This document shows positions 37,984 through 51,092 of a stretch of 64,000 nt of DNA, piece by piece; positions within the stretch are counted from its first letter, which is position 1; each line of letters starts with the position of its first letter. The notes beneath the pieces were generated by a model that was not told where the DNA came from, ran no database searches, and saw nothing but the letters and a program-made list of their open reading frames with translations. The stretch is from the NCBI RefSeq assembly GCF_902459465.1, contig NC_047079.1, positions 6,386,001-6,450,000 on the forward strand, in the 5' to 3' direction. Made by a program: the position numbers and the translations under genes. This DNA comes from Asterias rubens (taxonomy: Eukaryota).

Positions 37984-40900
37984 CTGGTACCCTGTATGTC
38001 TACTGGTTGTGGAGGGGTGAAATCAATTTTGTTATTGAGGGTACAAGTCTGTAGAAAAAGTGCCTTGTTTTAGAGATTCTGTACTTGTATAAAATGAAGC
38101 TCAGCTGCAGTAATTGGAAAAAGTCTTTTAATTTTGTTGGGGTGTCAACAAGTAGAACCGTGTGGCGTGAAAATAACTTCAATCAGGTTGCTTGAAATTG
38201 GCAAAAAGTTTTATGTGTAATGCTTGCTCTGATTGGTTAAAAATGTAGCAGATGGATTCTGATGGCAGATTACATGTAGTTGCAGTTTATATAATGGGTT
38301 GGAATTGTTTTTAATCTAGGCAGTCTACATGTGTAGGTACTGAAAGCAGAGACTGTGACTGGAATGTAAATTGGCAGCTTAGATTTTTAGTTTGACCATG
38401 ATCAGTTGAAGGCTTCACCAGAATGCAGCTTCGAAAATTTAAAGAAGGATATTGGATTGTAAAGGAGTCAGAATGAAAGCAATAATTATTTTAAAATTGT
38501 AGAGGAACTGTTATTATGTCTTCAAACAAAAGATTATCATTCAGTTTTATGAACCGCCATTAGAAAAGGATGTTACTACAGTACTACAGTTTGTTTTCAG
38601 AAAATGGTGGCAGAAGTGGGATCATATGGAGCAGGTGGCACACTGTGTAATAATTGGTTAAATATCAATTGTTTTCTGTGCACAGATTGGACAAAGACGG
38701 AGATAAACTGTCGTACTTCATCCCAGTGTTTTCATGTATAATGGTTTATACTTTCGCTTGTTTGTTGTGCTCGGTTCTATAGCCAAAACTGTTTTAGCTA
38801 ACAAAAGTTATTTTATTTTAGGACTAACTGTTTTCCTTCCATCGTAAGTTATAAAAGCTTTGGTTTTTTCGCTTCTAAAGTTGTATTTTGTTCCTGCCTT
38901 ACAGTTCCTTTGAAAGTAATTGTCAGAGTTTTGTTTGAAGGCAACCCATTGGCAAACGTATTTGTTACTTTTCGGGAGAAATGTAAAAGAATAATGTTCA
39001 ACTTCGGCGAATTGTATCTGAAGTCAAGTTATTAGTGAAACAAACATTTTGTAAGAACTTCTGTAAAAAATTAGTTCAAAATTAGTTAATAACAACAAAA
39101 ATGTAACCTTTGTTAGATAATTCTAGATTTAAAAAAAATCTTTTTGAATGAGAAAATGAATCGTTTCAAAATGTAATCCTTTGTAAGATTGTGTCATAAA
39201 CACATCAAACAAATTCTCTAAACTTAATTCAAATTCTTATTTTTAGCATGTTTAAAACTAATGCAAAATGTATCCTATTTGCCCTAAATTTGTAATCGTT
39301 TAATTTTTTTCAAAATATTATTATTATTAATAATAAAAATAGGGAATATTTATTGTAAAGTTTTCATGTGAAATAATAACATCCTTTGACAAGTTTAAAA
39401 AGGTTAAAAAAATCCAATGGAGAAAAAACCCAAAACGTATCAGGGAGTGGTTGAAATTTGCTCACAGGTTTAGTTTTTGGTCTCTCAACACAATTGTAAA
39501 TAATTCGATTAAAAAAAGATCACAATCTTTCCCTTTCATTATCATTATGTTCTGACCCACCAAACTAATTAAATCATAACAAATAATATGCAAACACTAT
39601 TAATTTACATTTTAAATCATGATAACTAAAAATGATCAAACTGTTATGATCTTGGTAGACCTATCTTAGGAAAGTCTGCAATTTTCTAACAAGCATTTTG
39701 AAATTTTTGTGTTGACTTTTATTTTGCAAGTTATGTGGAGATTTCCTTTTAATTTGAATTCCAAATGAATATTTGAAACAACTTAGTTTGGAATTGTGTT
39801 CTGTTTTTTCTTTTTCGAGTTATTAGATGCATATAATTACTTCTATACTTTGAGACTAGATTCATATTTTACAGTACATTATAATACCAAATACTGCTAC
39901 CCGTTTGTGGAACTATTATGCTATGCGATATTTTTATTAATTTTGGGAAAATAAAATAAATACTACTAATAACATTGTATTCCTGTAGTTGTACCTATTA
40001 CTTATAAGCAATTTGAGTCTTGGAACTTGGACAACGTGAAGCTTGTGGATTATTAACGGTCGTTGTTTTCAAAAGAGATTCGAGTGCACGTGGTGCGTTA
40101 CTGCGAGAGGGGCGTGCTGAACGAGTGAAAGTCTAAACGCCCATGACGCTACTTTAGCCTGTTCGTGTAGAAAGCAACAAAAAAAACACAAATTACACTA
40201 CAACGTCAAGTTGTTCAAAGGGAACCAACTAAACCGAATTGAGTAAATATTGACGTCTCATAAACCCCAAAACGTTTTTGAGTCCCTGATCAAATCTTTT
40301 GTATATAATCAGTGAACTGGGTTTATCATAAACACTGATTCAGCATATCTTGAAAAAGTAAAGAAAACTACCCCATCAGATGAAGTGGAATGGGTCCGGA
40401 TTTATATGCGAATCCCGCAGCAGCATGTGCCCGTAGTCCCGTACCCACCAAGTACCAGTACAAAAAGCTATACCTCTTGGCACGGTGACCTCTTGGTTGG
40501 CACCCTTTGTACCCATTTCAGTTCCCTCGCATACACGTGAACACTCCACACCGGCATCAAGTGCACACATCGTGGACCCAAAAAGGGCTACATTAATCAG
40601 ATCATGGTACCTCCATGATCAGATTAGCTGTTCACCGTTAATATTTGTGTTATCTGTATATGCAAACAATAACCACAATCGACTGACGAAGGCTGGACGT
40701 TAGTTATGTCTTTTATCAAACTGGGAACACTGATACTTCACGTTTATGTCGTAGTCTGCTTTTGACTTCTACAGATCCATGCATGCGTCGACTTGGTTTC
40801 ACCTGCGACCCAAAAAAGATGTGCCTGTTCAAGATTTCGACGTACAAGATCACTCATTTTGCAAGACACTCGATTTAGTTGATCAGCTTATGCTATCTAC

Positions 40901-41085
40901 AGCTACCGTCATGCATTATAGAAGCTTCGCAATTGACTTCTTTTTGGTGCCCTCGTGTCGTTGTTCCGTCCCAACTTGGGGTCGAAGGGAGGCCAGCACC
41001 AGCATTAGCCAGTACACTGCCCTGTAGTAGACAGTAGTAGTCCCATATTTTTGTGTGTGGCTGGTGTTGGAAACGACTGGTTAAA

Positions 41086-44000
41086 ATGAGGTAAGTTGAC
41101 CTTTTTTTATCCCCAATAATCTTTGCCTTTTGAGGTGACTCAGTCCTACTTGCTTTAGTCTCTAGTCTTACTTACTTACTTACGATTGATGGGGGAAATT
41201 GTTTAGGTTTATGCCTTTGTGACCCCATATCCTATCATTGGTTCCTTCCAATAGTCATCAAGCTCTTTAGGAGTTTGGTTGGGACAGTTGGACATGTTGG
41301 GACAAAAGTCTTGAATGCATTTTTATTTGTGCTTGATTATTTGGAAAAGTTTCCGTATGGCGCCACCACTTTTTCATTCGATATGAAATAATATAGTATC
41401 TAATTTACCTCAATGACTGAGATATCCCTTTTTTTATTTATTGTCAGAGTGGAAAAGTGGTGGCGCCATACGGAAAATTATCCATTAATATATTTGGAAA
41501 CCAGAAAGAACCTAAAAATATATATCTATTTGACTTTAGAACCCGGACTTTCTCACGGACAAGAACAATCAGTACCACCTCTTCTCCTGGTTTATCAGGA
41601 GAGTCGAGGGGTGAAACCCACCGAAGCCGAAAGGATTCCACACTAAGCTGGACATCCACCTCAGACGCCATCCTCCCAACAGGAGATATTATTCCAGTTC
41701 CGGAGGACACAGAAACTGATCGCCCAAAACGATCGCTATGGCAACTCATCAGCCTGAACTTGGTGGTCCTTGGGATCGAGTTCTGTTATGCGATGGAGAC
41801 GGCCTTAGTCATACCACTGTTGTTACAGATGGGTCTACCTAACTCCCTCTATAGTTTGACGTGGCTGCTGAGTCCGACGTTGGGTTTCTTTTTATCACCG
41901 GTGATTGGAACGCTGAGCGATCGTTGCCGATGCTTCTGGGGGAGAAGACGACCTTTCATTCTTGTGTTGTGTGTTGGTGTCATCATTGGCTTCACACTGT
42001 TTCTGAATGGGAGGGATCTGGGGTTATTGGCTGGTGATGTTACTCCTGGTGAGCATCTGAATGATTGGAAATGCTGGCTATTTACCACTTCACTTTTTCT
42101 GGACAGCGGACGGAAGAAAATCAAGTTTTTGATGCCAGCTGGATGGCTGACAGAAATAAAATTGATACATTGTACATCTCAAATTGTGAAGCGAGCACAG
42201 GCACGCACCTACCGTGCTCTGTTTTGTCGCACCTTAGTAGATCTACTAAGGTGGGACAAAACATAGAGGGACAACAGGTGTTGGAAAACCCGAGTGTAAT
42301 ATTCTTTTGGGGGGTTATTTTGTAAGGGCCGAAGTTCAGTAAATCGCAGTGCCAATTATGACAACCTTTGTTGTATTTTCTTTGTCAAGTCAGGGTTTTA
42401 TTCTGGCAATGATAAGGGAAAAGATTACTCAAGTTCAAAGGTCTAAAAAGTTCTGAAAACTAATCTTTTCTGACAAATTTTCACAATACCAATCTGAAGT
42501 GGTTCAACATTCTGTCACAATTTTGTTGATTAGAATAAAATGTTCTAATAAATTTTTTAAATTTCTGTGGACAGATCATCAAGTTGGACTGATACTGACG
42601 GTGATTGGTGTCGTCATTCTGGACTTTTGTGCAGATTCCTGTGACAGTCCCTCCAAGTCCTACATCATCGACGTCTGTAACCTGGCAGATGTCGACAAGG
42701 GTCTGAACATCAGAGCTGTCCTCGGAGGTATGTATTTAGGGTTTGTTCGTTTAGATGATCTTCCCGTCAAGGAACTCGACAAACTCCCAAGCATATATTG
42801 GTTTAATGTCTCTGATAATGAATTCTTTGGAAAAACGTCTAAGGTTTAACGTCTCTGATTATGAATTCTTTGGAAGAAGTCTCTAAAACTAAAGCAAGGC
42901 CTGGAATGGCATCCGTATGTGCATGTCTATGCACCCTTGTGAGTGACTAGTAGAGGTGGAATTTTTCAAGGTCAAAGGCCGAGGAAATTAGGACCCTCTT
43001 CTATTCACTCACAGGCCTGAAGGAGAAAGATGTGCACTAGTGACTGAATTATACCAGTTATGTTTTGTAAGTTTGTATTAAACACACACACACTCACACA
43101 AAAGCCATAATAAACAACTCTTGAACAATTCGACAATTGAAGGAACACTTTAAAATTCAGTTTTGTAGCTACTGTTCACTGTTCACACCAAGTTATTACA
43201 GAACTTATTGACTGTAAATGCTCTTTTTTCTTTGATAGGTCTTGGTGCTGGGGCAGGTTATATATTTAATGGTATTGATTGGGAATCGAACGCCATGGGC
43301 AAAGCCCTTGGTAGTCAGTTACGAGTAGTGTTCCTCTTCAATTGCATCGTCTGTTTCACATGCTTCACGCTTACCCTCTTCAGCATCAAAGAAAAACCAC
43401 TGCCTCCAGCCCCTAAAAAAGACAGAGTGAATCAAGAAAGGAACGGATACCAACGATTTGACAGCGGCGTACCGAAAGCAGCCAGCAAGAGAAAGCAATT
43501 GAGCTACGACTCCTTGTTCACTTCGCAGGGTAGTCTAGATCCAGCTGTTTCGAGTCCAGCCAGAAGCATCAACAGCAAAGAGCAGAGTTATGGAAAGAGT
43601 TTAACGGAATCCAACATCAATAGTGCCTCGACGTCAAGGGTTGATGAGTATCCGTCGACGTCGACATCGTCAGGGTCAGGAATGGACGATTGGGAAGATT
43701 CGGAATTCGAATCGAAGGAGGAGACGGTCTCGGCTGGAAAGCTTCTGATGTCTATTGTTAAGATGCCTAGTGAGTTACGATGGCTGTGCCTGAATCATTT
43801 CATCGGGTGGTCAGCTCTGGTGTCCATCTTTCTGTTCTACACGGACTATATGGCAGAGGTGGTGTATAAAGGTAAATCAGGCATGATTTTCACTACATTT
43901 ATTCTGGTTACTTCCTTTTTTACTCCCTCAATTTTTTTCCTAGATACCAAGACAAAATGTTTCTAAGTGTTAATTAAATCTTTGTTTTTAGAAACATTGT

Positions 44001-45628
44001 TCAGTCGCCTTATAAGAATGGCTTGATACTGAGTTGTCACCCAAAGGTCTTGGGAGGTACACCAAAGTTCTCTAATTTACAGAATGAGGGTTCGAATCCT
44101 GGCCTGGCCTGGTCAGTGTGTCCTTGAGCAAGGCACTTTATGTTATTAATTGCTTCATTTTGTTTTAAATTTATTTTGGTTGTGAAGCCAAGGATAGACT
44201 CACAGACAGAAAAGCGAACTTAATCACTGTACTAGCCAAGAACCGTGTATGGAGAAAAGACAAGGAAGGAAGTTTAAGTTTTAGGCGGGAGAAAAACCTC
44301 AGAGAGTTATTCTAGGGAAACCCTTTCAGTTAGGTCGGGACTGAAAACCCAATCCACAAAGTGCCCCCTTGTGGATTTGAAGCGGGTTTTAGAGGTGGAA
44401 GGCAAGGAAAGATACCACTATGCCAACCTGCGACCACTGATACCAAGAAGATATACTGATGGATTTGGAACAATAAAAACATTTCTTGTAGATTTTTTTT
44501 TATTGAAAGCGTTGTTTTCTTTTCCTTTCAGGAAGTCCTACAGCTCCAGAAGGTTCTGAGAAACGAAACTTGTACGACGACGGTGTCCAGATGGGATGTT
44601 GGGGAATGGTAATATTTTCTGGATCGGTGATCGTCTATGCAAGTGAGTCATTGTTCAACCATTATCCAAACAACTTCACTTCGACAAAAGCGAAACTCTG
44701 GGTGAAATAACGATGCTTGTTATAAGTAGGATTTCTTCTGCTTTCTCCAGAAGAAGATCAGAGCATACTGATCAAAACGTCGAGTTGAAACCAACAACTC
44801 TTATCTGAACCACCCCAACTTAGAGACTTTCTTTTGGAGGTGTTGGGCGCTATAGAAATAAGGTTATTATTATTATTATATACTCGATTAGAGATTATCA
44901 TTACATGGTGTGACCACAAACCTTACTATATGATATTTGTTTTGTTTTGTTCTAGCTTTATTGAACAAGCTATCTTCTTACATAGCACCTCGCACAAATT
45001 ATGTCTTGGGACAAACCATATACGCTGTTGGTGTGGGATGTATGGCCATCTTTAGTGACAGTATCCCTGCGACCCTTGCCCTGAATGTGACCTCAGGGGT
45101 CATGTTTGCAACTGTCACCACTCTGCCCTATGGCCTTTTGGCTGATTATCACGACAGCTACAAGGTATGTAATTTGAAAATTAACTTGTGTGAATCACCG
45201 AACTACATTTACCATATTGATAAGTTGATATGTATTAGTACAATTTCATTTTTTGAAAACCTTTGGTTGATGTTAAAACAAAAAATTCTGTCTCAGAAGT
45301 AAGAACTACATAATAATAATTATTTTTTAGTATAATCCTTCTTTTTGTTTGTCCATGGCAGAACATGAATGACCTGGCGCGGTCCAAACGAGGTCTGGGC
45401 ACCGACGTTGCCTGTCTCGCTAGCATCACTTTCTTAGCACAGATGTTCGTGTCGGCCATCTTAGGCGCTCTCATCTCTCTCACAGGTACTAAGATAACGA
45501 TAGTCCTCTTTGCGAGTGGATTCAGTTTCTTGGCTGCGATTACGTCTGCGCTTTTTGTCGTCTACAGCGTGGGGGACCCACCTGAATTTCAAGACCTTGA
45601 TGAGGAGCGACAACCACTTGTAATGTAG
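41086..45628 (+). CDS. SLC45A1: SLC45-family (SLC45A1/A4-like) MFS solute transporter, complete, 628 aa
   Basis: Exons: 41086-41090 (ATGAG; in-frame TAG upstream at 41038), 41540-42048, 42575-42727, 43239-43871, 44532-44642, 44956-45164, 45362-45628. Motifs GIEFCYAMETA, QMGLP, SDRC..WGRRRPFI, LNGRDLG, DVC..D.GLNI and KRGLGTD are closer to SLC45A1/A4 than to A2/A3. The symbol denotes the clade and is likely a co-orthologue. Confidence 0.9.
41343..41483. mobile_element. MITE family E
   Basis: Same TIRs as 6130-6261. Confidence 0.85.
42801..42886. repeat. Tandem duplication, 2 x 43 bp
   Basis: GTTTAA.GTCTCTGAT.ATGAATTCTTTGGAA at 42801 and 42844. Confidence 0.85.
44690..44830 (+). mobile_element. 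Penelope-like repeat remnant with variant hammerhead motif
   Basis: CTC-CAGAAGA-A-GATCAG-AGCATA-CTGATC-AAAACGTC-GAG at 44745-44784; flanks are homologous to the copy at 14100-14200. Confidence 0.5.
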
Positions 45629-45697
45629 TGCACAACCTTTAACAGGTGTTTAGCGATGAACTGTGACACCATATTCCACATGCACAGTTAGGATCTC

Positions 45698-45852
45698 TGG
45701 GGTTGATCTAACAAAGATAGTCCAAAGATAGTCCCAACGTAGGACTAGTCCTAGGAGTTATTAAAAACTTAAGGCAAAGTCTAAGTTAGGATGTGCAACT
45801 CGTCCTAACTTGGGATAAGACTAGTCTTAACTCTTTTTGAAATCCACCCCTG
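45698..45852. mobile_element. MITE family H in the SLC45 3' region
   Basis: GACTAGTC-rich element ending TAAGACTAGTCTTAACTCTTTTTGAAATCCACCCCTGG; the same end is seen at positions 1-48. Confidence 0.75.
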
Positions 45853-47563
45853 GTTCGTTTATTTCCCACAATTACTAACATTTTCTTCTAAATGGCTGTA
45901 CTAACTTTAGTTAACAGAATTTATTACTATACACCATATTTGTATAGAATTTTGTCTGCAGTTTTGTTATAGCCCTCATTTTTTTGTTACTAAAGGTACA
46001 AGTTTGTATAGACCCCATTTTGAATTACTTGAACTATTTAAAGGGAAGGTACACCAATTTAGCTCAAATTTTCACAGGCTTGTTATTTTATGCTTATGTT
46101 GGGATACACCAAGTGAGAAGACTGATCTTTGACAATTACCAAATGTGTACCTTCTCTTTATACAGCCCATTATTAAGGTCTTTCGGTCGCTGTGGCACAA
46201 TCTGTTACTGTACAACCAATGCCAGAAATTTTCCCAAATTGTGTACAAACTACAGTCATATCTTTTCCCCGATTGTAAGTTTGATAACTTGCTATTCTTT
46301 TTCCTGTTGAGAAATGTTGTGGTATGTACAAAACCCTTTTACGTTCTATGCAGTATTTATTTAGTGCACCTGTTGAAAATAACCTCGCCTTTGTATTCTG
46401 TGAATATATTCATCCAGTCCATAATTTTGTTGCTGTAAGCAAAGGTATGTGTAAGCTTTGCAAACACATGGACTCATGGGAAAATGGAAATTGGCAGTTG
46501 CAAACCTGCTTACCAACCAAAAGGACCTATGGTATAAATGCAAAAATGAATGGCATGGCATTTCAAAGACTGCCAGGGATAAAACATCAGGGAATTAACA
46601 AATTTTTGAATTTGTACTCGGTTAGACTTTGTAATTTGGTCCTACACTTAAAACTATACCAATAGTAATATGACCATTGTACCCTGAACCATGCCACAAA
46701 TGCATCAGAAGAAGAACAAATAATAGGTCTAATCATATTCATATCTTAAAATCAAATTTATTATTTTTATTTATCATGATTTGTTTATTTTGAATTCCTG
46801 TAATCAACAGAAGTATTCTTCCGATTTATGTGAAGAATCTATAAATACTGTAAAACAGCACTCTTGTACGGGTATCTATGTATCACTTTGAAATGAAATA
46901 TTCTTTATAACAAACTTAAAAGTACGTTAATAGAAGTATATATTCAAGAACTGAGCAAAATATTCTTTGGAAGCAACCTCAATTTTATTCTAAGTGAGTT
47001 TTTTCTTCTTTTGTATTTTGATATCTGAATATAACAAAAATTAATTTCATGTGCATTTCTTTTTACTTTATTTACTTTTGCTTTTATTTACTTGAAAATA
47101 ACTTGTATTCCTTTACTGCTTTTGTTGAAAAATTTACCAAATTATATTGCCTTAAATCAAATACGAGACATTCCGTAAAGTATAATATAAAATTTATACA
47201 AATAATCTTTATATAAGTTTATATCAATAAATATATATACGCACAACTTGAACTTTTTTGTCTGTCAATACTTTGAAGAGTTTTCACCAATATAAAGTAT
47301 AATGTATCAGTAGTTTAACTGGCTAACATTACTAATAAATATTGTTCAACAACTCCTGCAGTCCAGAATTCTCTCAAATGCAATTCGTGAAGTCCGACTT
47401 TGTTGGACATAGTACTACAGGCACTATTAACAATTGCTTTGAAACAGACTACTTGTTTGATCCAAACACTTGGGTGTTGATTTGGCAAAAGAGTGGAGTG
47501 TTTTGGGAGATATGGGAGGGTCTTTAGCCAAAAATACTAGAGATTAAAACAAGTGACTTGCTT

Positions 47564-50500
47564 TTACCTGGAATCAAAATTCTGCAGGTAAATGAGTCTC
47601 GACAGTTGGAACTTTTCCCGACACAAAGGACATTCAGCCTGTAACCAAACCATAATATACATTTTTAACCAAAGAATTGCATTATTATTTGGAGTATTTA
47701 TATATTTCTGGTTAAAAAAATCAAGGATGAAACTGAGGATGTAGCTCGCATGCCCAAGGAAACTTGTAAACAAGGGGGCACAAGTGCCACAACCAGGAAT
47801 CGACGAACACACACTCAGAAACACCAGAGCTTGGGTCGGTTCTCTTTAACCGCTAGGCCACGACACGCTATCTCTGCTACATCTCTGGTTTTATGTGGCC
47901 CGATTTCATTGTGACCTGATTTCAAATGCAGAGATTTAGGTGTGCCGACTCAAAAAAAAACTTACCTTTGTGGCACACCACTCGGTGATGCACTCCCAAC
48001 AGAAGAGATGCCCACAGGGTGTGGCAGTTGAGTTACGCCTTGTTTCCAGACACAGGGGACAGCGCAGGGCGGGGTTTGTTCCTCTGCCGTCTTCCACCAC
48101 TCTTAAAATAACAACCGAATAAAGGAACTTTAAATATTATTTGGTCTTACCCCTACGTAAGCACTATGTATTCAGTACTTTTACTGAGTTCTGTGAAAAA
48201 AAAAATCACAGGCATATGACTCGGCCAGGATTCAAACTCACGACCTTTGCTATTACAGAGCAGATGTCTTTAACTAGACCACCGCGACTGCCTGGATAGC
48301 CAGTAGGTTTTAAATAACTGAGTTTACTGTTGAACTAACTGAAAATGTGTATCAACTTAATACGGTCATAATTCTGATTTTATATTCACTACCGTATGGA
48401 GATCGAGAACAAAACAGAAAAAAGGGAACACAAACGGAATTCTAAAGACGGGAGTGCTCCACAAATTTGTGTACAAAGTCTATGGGAGGTTCTTTAACTA
48501 CAGGGGAAAAGAAAACAAAGAATGTCCCCACAGAGATGCAAAAGATAGAATACGTGCATTTAAGAGTTTGCCTGTTCTGATTTGCTAGTACCTTTTGAGG
48601 TCAGATTCAGATGTAGTCTCAGTTCCAGTCGTTACTGTTCCTTGTCCTGCTTTTATCTTGTACAGTGAGTGTAGAAGACTTGCTGTGAGCTGAATTAATG
48701 ACAACCAGGCTAAGACCTTGAAGCTTGGTTTCATACTACCATAGCCTGGACCTCTGCGCACCAATAACTGTAAATAACAATGTTTAAAAAGATTGGTAAT
48801 GTGCTGACATTTCTACCCTAGCAGAGTCTGTATCAAAGGCCAAATGAAAAGACAACACACACACACACACACACAAGCTGATATATGCCTGCAACCGGGG
48901 ACCTCCTATTGTCCCTCTTTAGTTCATACTCTTTAACTTTTTTGCAACATCTCCCATTGATTTTGTACATGTTTTTCAACTGTGGACCTTTCCCGAACCG
49001 TGGACCCTATTGTCCTCTTGTTATAGGTCCCCGGTTTGAATGTGTATACCTAATCACAATTACAATAGTGTAATAGTGTGATAAAAAAGTCCAGTTATAT
49101 TTCACTCATCTGGGACTGATTTCATAAAGCTCCTGCTAAGCAGAAATAGATTACCAATGCAAATACAACTGGCTGAGCACTTAAGACCACTGAACTCAAG
49201 CTCTGGTGTTTCATGAGGGGACAATGGAGTAGGGCTACTCCATTTTCTTTAAGGGGGTAAAAATAATATCTAGCCCCTCTGTAATCTTATTTTAACTACC
49301 AGTGTCACACTCACATACTGTATTCCAGTCCATCGTTTGGCTAAGTGGTAGAACACCCCTCTGAGATAAAATAGGGCCATGTGGGTCCTCTGGATGATGG
49401 CTACTGCGTGTCTCAATACAGGAATCATCTTGGAAATTCTCTGTCGTCGCTCTGGACTTATTCTTTCCGCTGCTCTGTCGGTTTCCAAGAGCTTTGGAAT
49501 GTAAGCAAGCAACCGGTCCAGGAGGTAGGGCGAGCAGGAGTACATTAGTACAAGAGCCAATCGTCTCTGAAATATAGAAGTTGGGGGATAATCGGACATG
49601 CGATTTGAAAAACAACAATACCTGTGATTTATTAGTTTCCTGTAATTCCATTTTCTTTTAAGAACACAAAAGTTCACTTGAAGGAAAGATGGTTTTTATT
49701 CAGAGCATCTAAGTGGCAGCAGACTTACCAGGTAAAGCCACCGTTCTTAGAATTGTGCGCATGTTCAGAACTACATAAGTCTGCTGCCATGTAGCGTTCC
49801 AAAGTCTCCCATTGTTTTATCTGGCGTGCTGTTAATTTTGGTCAACAGTTTTTTTTTTCTAAGTCTGTCTGCAATCTCAATCTCATCAGAAATTTGTCCT
49901 CAAATAAATGAATCTGACAATTGGCAACAATTGTTAAAAGGAGAAATCCTGATTTCATTTTTCTCATCAATGTCTTTCTTGGTGATTATAATAATTACCT
50001 TGATGTTTGGTACCGCCCTCTGTGCGTGATCTACCTGAAGAATGCTCACATACTCTTCTCCTAGCGTCTGATACCCTGCAACAAATTTACCAAATCTCTT
50101 AAAGTTACTTTAATTTTAAAGATAGGGTCATTGTTTGTTTTTTTGGTCAATATTAATGCTGATTTGTTGGCAAGATTATCAAAAAACATACAACAAAAGT
50201 CACCTGTGAAATTTTCAGTTGAATACAGTGTCTACTTATTGAGAAAATAGGGGGAAATGCTTTAGAATGGCAATAGCCACGGGTTTATATCCCGCCAGAG
50301 AAATAACGTCTGTGGTTTTTCTGTCTGGATAAAACAGAAATAATATTATTTATCCCTAACATATTATTCAATTTCAAATAAGAAAATCAGAGTGATTTGC
50401 ATTTTTGAATAATTATTTTTCATTAGGACCTAAATGAGTTGCGTGATGATGCATTAATTTTGGAATATTGACCTGCGACTGTTGTCAGACCAAAGTATAA

Positions 50501-51092
50501 GACTTCTCCGAGAACATCAAGTTCCTTTCTCCATCTGGCCCATACTCTAGGTCCTGAAAAAAAGAAGCAAGATAGTTTATTTCTTACACAGCAGTGTCAT
50601 TGGAAAGCTAGCCCCACTCTTTTACGTTTAAGACTAGATTATTTAGAGAATAGATATCATCTAGAGTGCGAAATTGAGAAAAAGTAGCTGAAAAGAACTA
50701 AAATGTATATCAATTTGGGAAAAGAGCTAATTTGATTTCCACTATTAATTAATTATTTTTGTTGATAAAGAATAATCTTGTTTAGGCCTACTCATTTATT
50801 AGTAATCAGGGAATCAGAACAAAACTTTAAAAATAAGATAATTTGGGTTTTAGTGGGTTGTAATGAATGACAAAGAAAATCAGTCATATTCAGAGTCATA
50901 AATCTTTGTTCGATTGAAATATCAATATTAATCATTACAGCCACTTGACGTGACTGTCCTTGGACCTTGATAATTTTGATTACCTGCAAGTGACTGACAT
51001 ATATCTGCCAAAGAGTTGCGAAGGAAATCCACATAGAATTGGTCTTTTTGGTTGCTACGAATTATCTCGGGTTGACTGGCTGGTTGAAACAT
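47564..51092 (-). CDS. PEX10: Peroxisome biogenesis factor 10 (RING E3 ligase), complete, 301 aa
   Basis: Exons (minus): 50984-51092, 50473-50553, 49999-50075, 49315-49566, 48592-48767, 47966-48101, 47564-47638. [48 protein letters not shown], and C3HC4 [43 protein letters not shown]. Confidence 0.96.
48120..48305 (-). mobile_element. tRNA-derived SINE, third family
   Basis: Minus strand GGTGGTCTAGTT...GGTCGTGAGTTTGAATCCTGG head; a second copy is at about 59165-59335. Confidence 0.65.
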
